Below, in pieces: positions 1 through 12,200 of a DNA stretch of 64,000 nt. The translations under genes were made by a program, and so were the position numbers. Within the stretch, counting starts at the first letter, position 1; every line of letters starts with the position of its first letter. Location of the stretch: positions 992,001 to 1,056,000 of the forward strand of contig JAQGDQ010000002.1 in NCBI GenBank assembly GCA_030141605.1. Direction: 5' to 3'. The notes under the pieces are model-generated. The model had not been told where the DNA came from. It saw only the letters and a list, made by a program, of their open reading frames with translations, and ran no database searches. This DNA comes from Tubiluchus corallicola (lineage: Eukaryota; Animalia; Priapulida).

Positions 1-27
1 TCACTGGTGACAATCACAGTAACTGAG

Positions 28-31
<4 letters not shown>

Positions 32-60
<29 letters not shown>
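32..60. repeat. (GA)n microsatellite
   Basis: Read directly from the sequence. Confidence 0.95.
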
Positions 61-64
<4 letters not shown>

Positions 65-460
65 TGAAAACTTTTTTATATATCTCTCTCCCTGTAATTC
101 CATTTTCTGCTTTTGTGGTTTTTCCCCTTGTGTTTTTATTTGCTACACTTCTGTAATTTTAACATGGTAAAAGTCATGTGATTGCATTCTTTTTTACCGT
201 ATTGGTATTTTGCATGGTATTTTGTATGTAAATAGCATTTAAAAAACTCCAAAAGTTAGTAATAATATTAATTTTCTGATTTTCCCCCTTTCACAGTAAC
301 TTGGAAATATCTGATGATTGCATCTTGCACCTATTTATACTGTCATATGTTTTACTGGTTGAATAAAGGTTACAATATAAAATTAGGTAATTTCTAAGTG
401 CTTCATATTGTCTGCTGCACAAATCAAGAAAGTTGCTTTAGTGCAATAGTGCACACCTAC

Positions 461-3400
461 CTAGAAAGTTCGTCTTTACTCAACATGCCATTATGATCTT
501 TGTCCAAGTTCAAATATTGTCCATAGATACGAAGTGCTGAAGCTGCAGAAAACCAGTTCATTTCCTGCATTTCTTTCGACAATTCCTCGTCACGTAACTA
601 TACAGAAAAAATATAAAATTTAATTGCTTAAAATGAAAAGACTCTGTGAAAAATCTTATCACACATTTATATTAGTAAACATTCGAAACCTTCAACTGGT
701 TTAGAAAAAAAAAATTAAGATTATAATGATAATATTCAAGTTACGCTTGCTTCCATTAGTTAACTAATTATTTTTGCAAGTAGCAGTGTTAGTGTTTAAA
801 CAATGTCGATAGAGCCATTTATTAAAGCATTATACAAGCCAGGTCCTCTTTAACTAGTTTTGAAGAAGAAATTTAAAAGTACATATCTACTGGAATTTAG
901 TAAATTTAAAAGAACAGTTTAATGTTTATAATTCTTAAGAAACAATGTTAGTTATTTTCATGCAATTATCGTGGCAAATATTAGCAGAAGTAGTGTGCAT
1001 ATGGGTACTGCTATTGTACCTTAGCTGACAGCAAAAACTGGTCACATCTGTCTACTCTGAAATTTTATATTTTATTCTAGATAAAAACCACAAACCTCTA
1101 GCAGATCATCCAGAAAGCTGCAGGCAAGTATATCTTGTATCCTAACCTTTCCAGTGCGCATGGGGTCCAAAAAAAAGAAAAATTTTCGCACAGCCGTGCA
1201 GACATAAAACGAATGAAAAGATTTCTCTAGACCATCCAGCTGCAATGAATAATAAATAGTGTTTTCTTTTATATTAAATTAAGAAAAATTCAAAAATTAT
1301 TAGTAAATTGAATCGATAATCATATTGTCAAAATTTATTCAATTAAAAACTAATTATACAGTATTGTTTCATTATAACATACCGGAATTTGCCTATGCAG
1401 CACAATAGCTAACTTTGGTCCAGTAGTGAAAAACTCAGGTAAATTAACAGAATATAACACACATTGAAACCACTGTGTAGATAGTAGAAAAAGCTCAAAT
1501 ACGATTACAATGAAAACCAGTTATTTCTGGACGTAATGCATGTTACAGAAATTGTTGAATTCGTACCTGAGGCAACGTTGGTATTAGCTCAGTGATGTAA
1601 TTTTCCAAGTCCTGCAAAAAATGAAAAATATACCCTGAACGAAGAACAGCTTATGGTATACTCATAGTCATGACATATCCAACATGTTACAGTTTATAGC
1701 AGAATGTGTTCTCATGTAGATCGGAATTTGTACCATTATTTGAATAAGAAGACAATTTGCAAATGTAATAACTGAAATAGTTTTTCAAGATTCAGGTCAG
1801 TAAAACTACTTGATTACTCTTTCATTTTTTATAATTATTTGTTAAAAACCGATTCAACAGTCTAGCATAGGACTACCTTTAAAGTCTTTACATTTAGTAA
1901 GACAGAATTAATTACTGAATTACACAAAAGCACATTAGAGGTAGCTACTAAATGATTGGATGTGATTTGGCAGCAAGAAGTGAGGCTGAAAGCACATTTC
2001 CTCCAAAGCACACCTGGAGTAGACAAAGTACAAATTATTTAACCACCGTAAGTAACTTGGAACCTATTCCAAATACAAGAGTTGCAATACAAACAAACAA
2101 AAGAATTTTTAGCTACTTACGGTTTCTCTTAGGTATCCCTGTCCAGTGCAATCATACAGTGACAAGCCGATGCGAGTTTGATGTAACCAAACTTTTCTCA
2201 TGACATAGTTAAAGAAGCACATTACTGAAATTCGTCCATAAGGATCACCCTGTTGTAGTTTAGCAAAAACTCTTGCTTTAAAAAATGGTCTAAAAGAAAG
2301 TAAATGTAGATGAATTAATGGTTTGCAAACTTGACATACTGGCGATTGAACTTGACTTATTTTGGTTTATTGATTTTGACTTGAATTTAACATTGTGCAG
2401 TAACATAATGCAATAAGATTGGTAAGCAATCTAACACAAATTATAAAAATGTGTGTGTGTGTGTGTGTGTGTGTGTGACTTAATCTTATATCTAAAGTTC
2501 CAAGTATGCTGCTCAATTCATTCTTTTTCGTATTGTGTACTTGGCGCATGGGGTCTTACCTAATTAAATTCCTCCAGCTTGTGTTCTGCAGATTTTAATT
2601 CATTGTTGACGTGGGTACATCACATTGCATGCACACCACATAAGAAACACATGGAAGGAAATTTTGCTAGAAATATTAAGGATGTTCTGCAACACAATAG
2701 CACAGTTTCAGAAAAATTTTCTTTAGCCAAGTTTCAAAGCACATGAGATCATGTTGATCCCATTTTCAGACAGGCCACCTCATTTAACAACATTTTGGCA
2801 AATTTAATACAAAAAAGCCTATTAAATAATAATAATTACATACTTTGCTTTAATTCCTGCCTGTGATGCCACCTTTTGGAAGTCATCCCAATTAATAAGC
2901 TGATCATCACCCACCTGGGGAGGACTATGATTGCTTTCTAGAAGAAACCACAGATTTTGGAGCTCATCATTTAGCAAAAGCTCTCGACTCCTTCTTTGCA
3001 AAAATACAGCCCTAAAATGAACAAATCATCATTTATAGTAAAGAGAGAATCTTCTACCGAAACAAGCACTTCGATATCATGTTTTCACCTGATAAAAATA
3101 GATCAAACAACATAGTGATAATAATGCAAATAACAAACTAAATTTGCTGCTTCAGTAGTTCAAGCATACTACAAAGAGGATAGCTAGACAAATGCCTGTT
3201 TTGAAATTATAATCCTGACTTCTATAAAACATAATACATTAATTAGATCTAGCAAATATATAACTCATCAAGGTACAACCCAACTTAGCTCTTTGAACAT
3301 TTATCTTGACAACCAGCAAGCAGTTAAAGCAGTAATAGCAAAGATCTGAAAACCATTATCCAGTAAGGCAGACAAAAGCCATAGTTCACTAAAAACTCAC

Positions 3401-5577
3401 CTGGATTCTTCACGCAATTTCTGCAGCAACACTTCATCTTCCGAGGGTAGCTAAACACAAATAATAGAAAATAATAAAGTTCAACATCCTATAGCAATTT
3501 TTCCTTCACAAAAGGAAAACTCTCACAGAAACTACAAGCTTACAAAGATAACCAGTTAAACTAAAATTACAAACCACAAAAGTATGGTGTTGAAATATAC
3601 TCTGTTTACCTAGTTCTTTATTCAAAAAGAAATTAAAATGCATCTGTAAAACACAAATTAAGAATATAAAGTTACAACGGTTAGCAGAAGTAACATTTGC
3701 TTGAAAGACTGTTTAGTATCATGTTATTTGATCCTCTATGAGAGAAGTAAATTCTTAATAGGAATTTGCATTAACAGGCAAAAAGCTATTTCAGCTAGTT
3801 TTTATGCTTATCGTGAAACAATAAAACTTGTTTTTTACAAGCTCGTGCTTTTTTTGCCTATGTTCAGTCATTCATTAAATGTATAAAGTTTTATATCATA
3901 TAAATGCATAATTGCTTGTGGACACAGAAATGGCTGTGTTTATTAGGGGGATCAAAAAATAAGGTTTTACACAGCAATACTCACAACATGAATTTTGAAT
4001 ACAGTACAATTTATGTAGGAAAAATAAAAAGCCTAATCAGCTACAAGAGTACGTAGAAATTTACTGAGCTTGTACTTTACATTAAAAATAAATTTTCAAT
4101 GATACATTTATGTTGATGGTCTATAGTTTCATTTGTATATATACTCTTTAAATCATAATCAGCTAAAATAGGTTACATATATAACTGTCATTACTGCAAA
4201 ACATCTAGTACACTAATGTTCTAAGTGTTTTCACTACTTTGGGATGAAGTTCCTAGTTCTAACCAATATAGCACCAGACTGTTGACCACTGCTGGGACAA
4301 GGCTAAAATACCTTGAAAGATTTAATGTACAACAGAATTATGACTTAGAAGGAAGAAAAACACATTGTATATAGTTGCCACAAGTTAAGTAAATTTACCT
4401 TAAAGTAAAATCTAGGTATTTGTTTGTAGGTGACACAGGCCGATTTCTCTCCACTCCACTTATTGTAAAGTTTGTGAAACTCTTCTTCTTCTTGAGTATT
4501 TAGCTCATCTCTGCTTTTCTGTTGTTTATCTACAAGTAAGAAGTTATATATTTTACTTGTAATTATATTATTTTTCATTACATTCATACATTATTTTTCA
4601 TTACATTGTGTTATAATGCAATGAAATATAATATGTCCCACCTGCTGATACCGAGCAGTCACAGACAGCTGCTGTATTAGCCATCAACTCTAGATCTATA
4701 TTAGCAAAATATTTTTGTAATATACCTATATATTACACATCAGTAGTTGATTTACTCTTAGCTTTTTTGGTTCTTAAGAGCTTTGACTTAGGATAAAGAA
4801 GCGAGATATTGCCTGCAACCTTATTGCATGTATAATTATGCAGACTCCATAAATTTATATTAGTCTCCTTTTGCTGCAGCTGCAAAATCTACAAATGAAA
4901 TTTTATTAGACCCGTGTCTTTGATACCAAATACACACGGAATATATTTAAATTATTATATACAGCTAAAACAGGATTGTTTAGTTACTAACAGTCAGTCA
5001 TAAGATGTAATAAAACAATTAACACAGCGTAACAAATGGCTAAGAAGATTAGAAATGCTAATTATAGCAGGAAATATCTGACGGCAGTTATAAAGCCTTA
5101 TATGGATGGGATCATGAATCGTTTCCTTACAGCCTCGCTATCACACCAGATGTAACAGCATTTTCGTACATGTACACTGCAGGTATGTAGAGAGTAATGT
5201 AGCCATACAATGCCAGTATGCAGGCTTCATGATTTCGCGAAGCTATAATTCAGGGTTGTAGTGTTAAGCTAAACTTCCCATTTTCACACTGCAAATGGGA
5301 TGCCCGTTATGCATAATTTTTCCATGTCAAAAGGGAGGGGTCTGGACACACTCTGGATCTGCTTCTGTAATCTTAAAATACCATTATAAAATAACAAATA
5401 CAAACCAAAATTACGGCTAGGCTTTAATGAGTTAGCAGTTAAACAGTAAGTGTAACGCTGATAAAATGAAAATTAGAATACAAATTAATATAAACCTATT
5501 TACTTACCCTTTTTTTCAATAGCTGCTTGGAGACCAGCTTTCAATTTTGTTGCCATGACTGGTAAGTTTGATATCAT
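461..5577 (-). CDS. PPP2R3C: PP2A regulatory subunit B'' gamma (EF-hand protein); first 8 coding exons, 3' end lies beyond the left edge
   Basis: Frame-consistent GT-AG exons: 5508-5577 (ATG at 5577 or in-frame 5556), 4399-4529, 3401-3450, 2844-3011, 2121-2289, 1567-1611, 1096-1239, 461-597. The translation includes IPRFYFKLPSEDEVLLQKLREESRAVFLQRRSRELL, RKVWLHQTRIGLSLYD, FYVCTAVRKFFFFLDP and YGQYLNLDKDHNGMLSK, which match PPP2R3C. Confidence 0.96.
2450..2477. repeat. (TG)n microsatellite
   Basis: Read directly from the sequence. Confidence 0.95.
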
Positions 5578-6329
5578 TGGATCACATCAGTCTAGAAAAA
5601 GAGATCAAAGAAAACAATAAAGCTATCATAAGCTTACATCACAGGTAACAATATCAACATTGAAATCCTAACTAAAGCTTTTGAAATCAATTTAATACCA
5701 TTACCATACTAGCCACATACTGTCTCATTTGCCTGAAATATTCAGTAAACCTGAGACGCCGAGGAGTAAGATTGTTTGACTAGAGCTTGGAATGACTGTG
5801 ACCGTGAGTGATAATAGTCATTTTCAACTAGTCAAATTTATTTAACTGATTTTATTTGAAAAAATAAATTGCTTTTACGTATACCAAAGCGTAATCACTT
5901 TGGTGACTTTGCGCGCGCATCGCATGGAAGAAACCTTATTTTTTGTTTACGAAATTCGTTTGCAGAATTTGATTTCCCGTATGTACAAATCAAACAGTTG
6001 CTAGAAATCAGAAATCTAGTAAACGAATGGAATACAGGGTAAAGACAAATAAAGACATTAAAGTGGGAAAAGACAACTAAAAGATCTGCGTTATAGAAAA
6101 ATAGACTTTGCACCCTATAAAGGTGCCCGCCTCTGATAGGGGCGAGAGTCGAGGATCGCAATCGCAAAAACAGTTTCATTGCAATGATAAACCCCTAGCA
6201 AGTTAGTATTGTCTAGCTTTTTGTTGCTGTGTGTACGTCTTGAAGGCGCATTTTTTTATTTTAAAGTTGTGCCTGCCCAGTGTCTACAACTGATGTAATT
6301 GGTATATGATGATGATGATATTATTTGGG

Positions 6330-8108
6330 TACTACATTTGTACTTCTGCCTGTCATAATGCGAAGCACACAAGGGAAACACCGAACCGCATATAGAGGAA
6401 GGAACGTTACGTCTGCAAAAGTCTTAGCCGAAAAAGCTGTAACCTCAAGCTCTTATTCTATTACTGTATTACTGCTTGATATGAGTAGGGTTTTTGATGC
6501 TGTTGACAGTAGTTGAATACCATTTTCACGATTTAACATGAATTTTAGAACCAGCTGAATTACACATGATAACAATCTTATTTAAAGTAAAATTAGGCAA
6601 TACCGTAGGAAGGACTTTCAAAACTAACTGTGGTGTACATCAAGGTGACTGCCTCAACCTAAGTATAACGATTTACTTTATACCTGGCCAGTGCACTCCA
6701 AAACGAAGATGTTTCACCTATACTGCTATATATCATGATTACGATTCCATATGGTTGTTCACGCTTATCTTGCACCAGATTCCTACAAACCATTCCTATT
6801 AGACCAACAATATGCTGACGACATTAGGTGGATTAGCATTTCAAAATTCTACACAGATACTGTTAAGACAGAATGCCAAAAATTACTAAAAAAAGAAATC
6901 TCAAACTTAATAATATGAAAACTGAAGAATATAAGAAAGATATCACAAGATCGAGACCAATCCTGGAAATGTTGCAAATACATGGGATCATTACTTACAA
7001 TTGAACATGATATCAAAAATAGTAAACAACGGGCAATGTATGGTTTTGTTCAAAATAAATCAATTCTAACCAGCAAGAAACTATCCCTCAAAAGAAGGCT
7101 ACAACTCTTCTGGGTATATATAGCTACTAGCTTCACATACAACAGTGAAATTAGGGGCTTGACTGCAATGTAGGAAGCAGAAGTATAGGTTTTTCGCAGA
7201 GGTCTATTCAGAAAAACCTTAAAAATAAAAATGCCATACATCATTTCAAATGAGCACCTGTATGACGGAACCATAGAAGAACATTGGAGCACTACAATCA
7301 GAAGGCTAAGGAACATTTAAAGGAAAACCGGATGATTGTGTAAACACGAGTTCAGAATAAAGAATGCTGTAAAATATTGAAAACTACAATAGCTTATTTT
7401 AAATCAAAGCTTAGCTTAAATAATAATTACCTCGGATACTCAAATTTCGTTAAACTTTCAAAGCTATGCGTGGCTCAGTGAATCTACTAAGATTGGCAGT
7501 GGCGCCTGTTTGTCATGTGCATGTGGCCGTCAAATAGAAGGCGGTATCGTGATAAGCATGATCATGAACTGCAGTGTTAGTTTCTGACGTCATATGATGT
7601 AAAGCCCATTTTTTGTGACATCATGCATTTAAACAGTACTGTAACACTTATGCAAATGTGCTTGACGCGCAAGGGAAGACGCCTGCCATTGCACAAACTG
7701 TGGTTAGTTTCTGACATAAGCATTAGCTGTGTTCGGTTCCGTTAATTAAGTTTCTAAGCTAATTATTCAAATATAAGGAACAAATGTTAACTTTTATATG
7801 TAAGAAAATGTATATTTTGGACAGTAAATTGAAATGAGATTGAGTCTAAACAATCGTCCGGTTTTCCTTTAATGAAATTGCCATAGATAACATCAGTAGA
7901 TTGGCATTAAATGAGGCACTGAAACATACTAAACGACCACCAGGTTAACCTAAAACAACTTGGATATCAATAAATTTATGAAGATTTACAACAGCAGAAA
8001 CCAAACCTAACAATTTTAGCTTCAAACAGGAAACAGTGGGGTGCTCTAATAGCGGATAGAGGCTCTATGTTTACACAGATGTTTAGAGCAACAGAAGAAG
8101 AAGAAGAA
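6330..8108 (+). mobile_element. Decayed 5'-truncated RTE-like LINE, interrupted by a MITE
   Basis: Broken frames give reverse transcriptase motifs AYRGR, LLLDMSRVFDAV, GVHQGDCL, QQYADD (~6805-6822) and KYMGS, then C-terminal KRPPG.PKTTW and a (GAA)n tail at ~8094-8108. Many stops and frameshifts. Confidence 0.8.
7321..7868. mobile_element. Non-autonomous TTAA-targeting DNA transposon (Kolobok/T2-MITE-like)
   Basis: Terminal inverted repeats aggaaaaccggatgattgt / acaatcgtccggttttcct, flanked by TTAA at 7317-7320 and 7869-7872; AG...CT termini. Confidence 0.85.
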
Positions 8109-9251
8109 ATTTCTTTATTCAGTTTACCTCACTCTTCAATGAACACTAGAACCAGCCAGAAAAGCAGCAGGAGGACAGATGTTAGCATATTTAGATTTTG
8201 CACAAAAAGATTTAAACACTTCAGCACTGATCCTTACAGATAAATGCACTTGGGACATTGCAGCGAGTAGGGTGTCCTGGCATACAGAGCTGAACACAAT
8301 CATGTCCCTGGACTATGATTCATTGGATGATGATGTTTTATTACTTGTTTTGAGATATCAATTAATATGTATACATGTATATATATATTCAATTATGTTC
8401 AATGTCAAACATTTAGACTAGGTTGCATTTTTAAATAAAACGACAGTCAAGTAAATAAGTTAGATTCAATACCCTCAAACCTTTGTTACTTAAAATAACT
8501 AAGATAGTGAGCTATCTTATACATCCTTATTTGTCTTATCATATGATGTCTATAGTATACTAAACCCATGGAGGCTCGGCTTGGCGAGAAGACTTAGTGT
8601 AGTAGTCTTAGGAAAAACTAACACACTAAACTGCAATTATAGAATCAGATTAGTAAGAAGATGTAGTACTTGAATTCACGTGTAGTATCGTTGTGGTGTA
8701 ATACAATGTTTGTGTCTGGCTGTTTAAATAAAAATGAAAATGAACAACGAGGAAGATAGCGAAGAAATAATTATAACGGCAGAAATTGAACAAACATTAG
8801 AAGAATATCACCAAATAGAAAGTATCAAAGAAATAGAAATGGATGTACCAGAGAATAGAAAAAAGTTAACAGAAACATCGAAATATAATAGCCTAGGAAA
8901 ACACGAAGACAAGAAAACCTGTACAATGGCTCGGTGGCAGTGACATCTAAACAGATGAACGTTGTGAGATATGTTTAGGCTTCAAAGTAAAATAATGTTT
9001 CCTCATTTTTCTGATCCAAAATTTACTTAAATTAACACCAAATTAACACATTATTAACATTGCAAATGTTTTTTGTATATACTGTAGATTTTTGTGCTCT
9101 GTTAATTGCCTTTGAACTAATTATAGGTACTTCAGTACCTTTAGAAGTATTTTTAAAATCTTGAATTATGTGTATGTGGCATGTGTTTTTCAGCTTAATC
9201 TTCACTTTTGTCATTGCAGTATGATGTTATTAGCAGTGTGATGCATGAACA

Positions 9252-12200
9252 ATGAACATGAAATTCAATGGTCAAGAAGTGCATTTTACCGAAGCTTTGC
9301 AAGACCGTTACAGGTTTGATTTTCACTAGGTGTGATGCCAATCATATGTTGGTAATTGAAAGCAAATCACTGTCTTTGTAAATATGTTTGTAACAAAAAA
9401 TTTTCCTGCCAAGAAATTATGCACTGTATCAAATGGTAAAGTGCTAGGCAAACGGCTGTGGTCTTAAGATACATTGGTTAAAAAAGCTTGTGAAGTTTGA
9501 GGTAGTTGCGCCAAATGGCATGTGATGACTTGCTTTGAATTACAGAAACGATTTATCATGATGATAAATAATAATTACGGAAAATGAGAGCAGTACAAAC
9601 CCCAAAATAGATTAGAGCAAAAATCAGTACTTAGTAAATGCCAGTGTTTTGAGACTGCAAAAATTTTATTTACATATGTAGCCTAAGTAGTTACTAAGTA
9701 GCCTAAAATTAATTCCAACCCTAACTACTTAACTACTTGTAAAGAGTGGCAATAAAATCAACCAAAATTATTACTAGGACCTACCCTAACTAGCCTAACC
9801 TAATCTAATGTTAAACCTACTGCAGGAGAAATTTAAAGGCTTAGTAGAAAAACTAGCAATGAGCACCTAATCTGACTGAGCAAATAACATGAAGAATTAA
9901 TTAGTCTTGAGAGAGCTTGCCTGCCTCAGGACATTGTACTGGAGTTGTTAAACTTTAAGGTCTGGGTGGTTGGCTGTGACTTGTGCAGATTTAACCTATA
10001 CCATGAACTGTTTGATTACACTGTGATTAATTAATAATGTAATTAATTTATTGAAACTGCATAAAAATTATTGAACAGTCTAGGAAATACTGTTTTTTTT
10101 TGTCTTTTTAGGTGTACTTATTGTGAAAACCTCTTGCAGGAGCCAGTGCAAACGCACTGTGGACATAGATTCTGTGAAGGCTGCATTAAAATTGTGACTT
10201 CTAATAAAGGCAGTCGTTGTCCTCTGGATAACAAAATATTTACTCAGGTGATTTCATTTTGTGCACCACATGTTTTATGTATTTGGCTTTACCTATAAAA
10301 ATTAAGTCTTGATAGTAAAATAACCAGCAAACACATTGATCAGCTTCGAGTGCTGCATACCTAAACAGCATGTATCTATATGAACAAAACAATGTAAACT
10401 GAGTACTTCTAAAAAGGGAAGATGTGTAAAACTAGTCTTAAATTTATAGATTTCCTTCATATTTAAAACAATATGATTGTGGATTAAGAATAATATAATA
10501 TTATGCCTGTTTTTCTTCAAATTCACTGTGACATTAGGTTATGTGATGTTTTGTTTTAGCGATTTCCCAACCTTTTAATTCAGGCACTAGTGAGATTCAT
10601 TGTAGTTGACCAATAGTACGAGTAATATTAAAAGAAAAAACCATTTATCATCGCCATAACCATATTTGATCGTCAGTGCAATCTGAACATGGCTAATTTT
10701 TTGAGCAAGCATTTGCTTATAAACCGTGTTTTGACATCATTGTTTAGCTATTTCAGAGCATGTGTTGTTCAGTGTGCTGACCATTTATGCATGGCTGAGA
10801 CTTCTTAGCTTGTTTCTGATATTCAAAATTAATATAGTCACACATAAATGTTAAGAACCTAATAACCAAACAACAAGATGAATTTAAGCTTTGCATAATA
10901 TCCGATTGCTCAAAATGGCACTAGAAAATCAAATTTAACCTTCATTATTTTTTGAAAATGCCCATAGAGTTGCTGAGCCAAAATATTTGCTAAAATTTGT
11001 AATTTTTCTTTTTATATAAAAAAGTGAGCAGGCCTACATGCAAATCTGACTGATTACTATAATAATTTATTTGACAATTTTAGGTGTTTAAAGATAAGTG
11101 TGCATATCAAGAGATACTGCAGCTAAAAATCTATTGTCCCCAGAAATCTCGAGGATGTAGTTGCATTATTAGCTTGCAAGAGTTGTCCACCCACACTGCT
11201 TTGTGCATGTATGCCATGATAGATTGTCCACAAAACTGTGGCATGGTCATCTCAAGATCAGATCTAGAGCAGCATTTAAAGGTTGACTGTAGTCATAGAC
11301 CAACAACATGTAGCCTGTGTTTGATTAAGCTACCTAGGATACTCATGAATGTACGTAATCTTATCAACTATATTTGAGTATCTTTTGTATAGTATGAACG
11401 TTATAACCTAAGTGATGCATTGTTTAAAAAGTTAGACTTGTCTGTAGATTTAGTAGATTAAATTGTTTTCAGATTCCTTTTATGAATAGACATTTCTTTT
11501 TATGTTAGCGTTTTATACAGATTAGCACATTACAAACTAGAATACACAAATGGCTGTTGTATAGATGGTTGTGGCCGGCCGGCTGGAACTAGCTCATTAT
11601 TAGCGAAATCCTCTGCGACGAGGAAGTAAAAAAGGTGAAAAGAGATAAAAAGAGGTGAAAGCATTGCACAGTGTAATATGTCGTTATTTGTTCAAACATC
11701 CTTTTTTGGTGAATTAATTTATTTGTCAATTTCAGGATCATCTGCTGAAGTGCCCTAAAGTGACTGTGATGTGTCCGCATCAGTGCGGTACCACGATTGA
11801 GAGACAGCTTGTAAGTATTTGATCATCAGTCATCAGCACTTAAATTATGTATTAACAGTTCTACTGAGGAAGGATGTTGTTTTTATTATAACAATTTTTA
11901 TAACATTAATTTGGCTTGGACAAGTTGAACAATCACCATAGTTCATGCATTATATTATTGCTGACTTACTTCTTATATAGTTCATTCGTGTTCTTCTAAT
12001 AAACATGGACAAATGATAATTGTAACATTACTATATTATTATATGAATTGAAGCTTTTTTTAGTTACTCCAGCATGCTGACTCGTGTCCAACACGCCAGA
12101 TGCGATGTAAATTTTCAATGTTTGAATGTGACTTCATTGTAAGTATTAGTGTTGTTATGTCAGTACTTGTTAACTATTCATGATTTACAAATTAAGCCAT

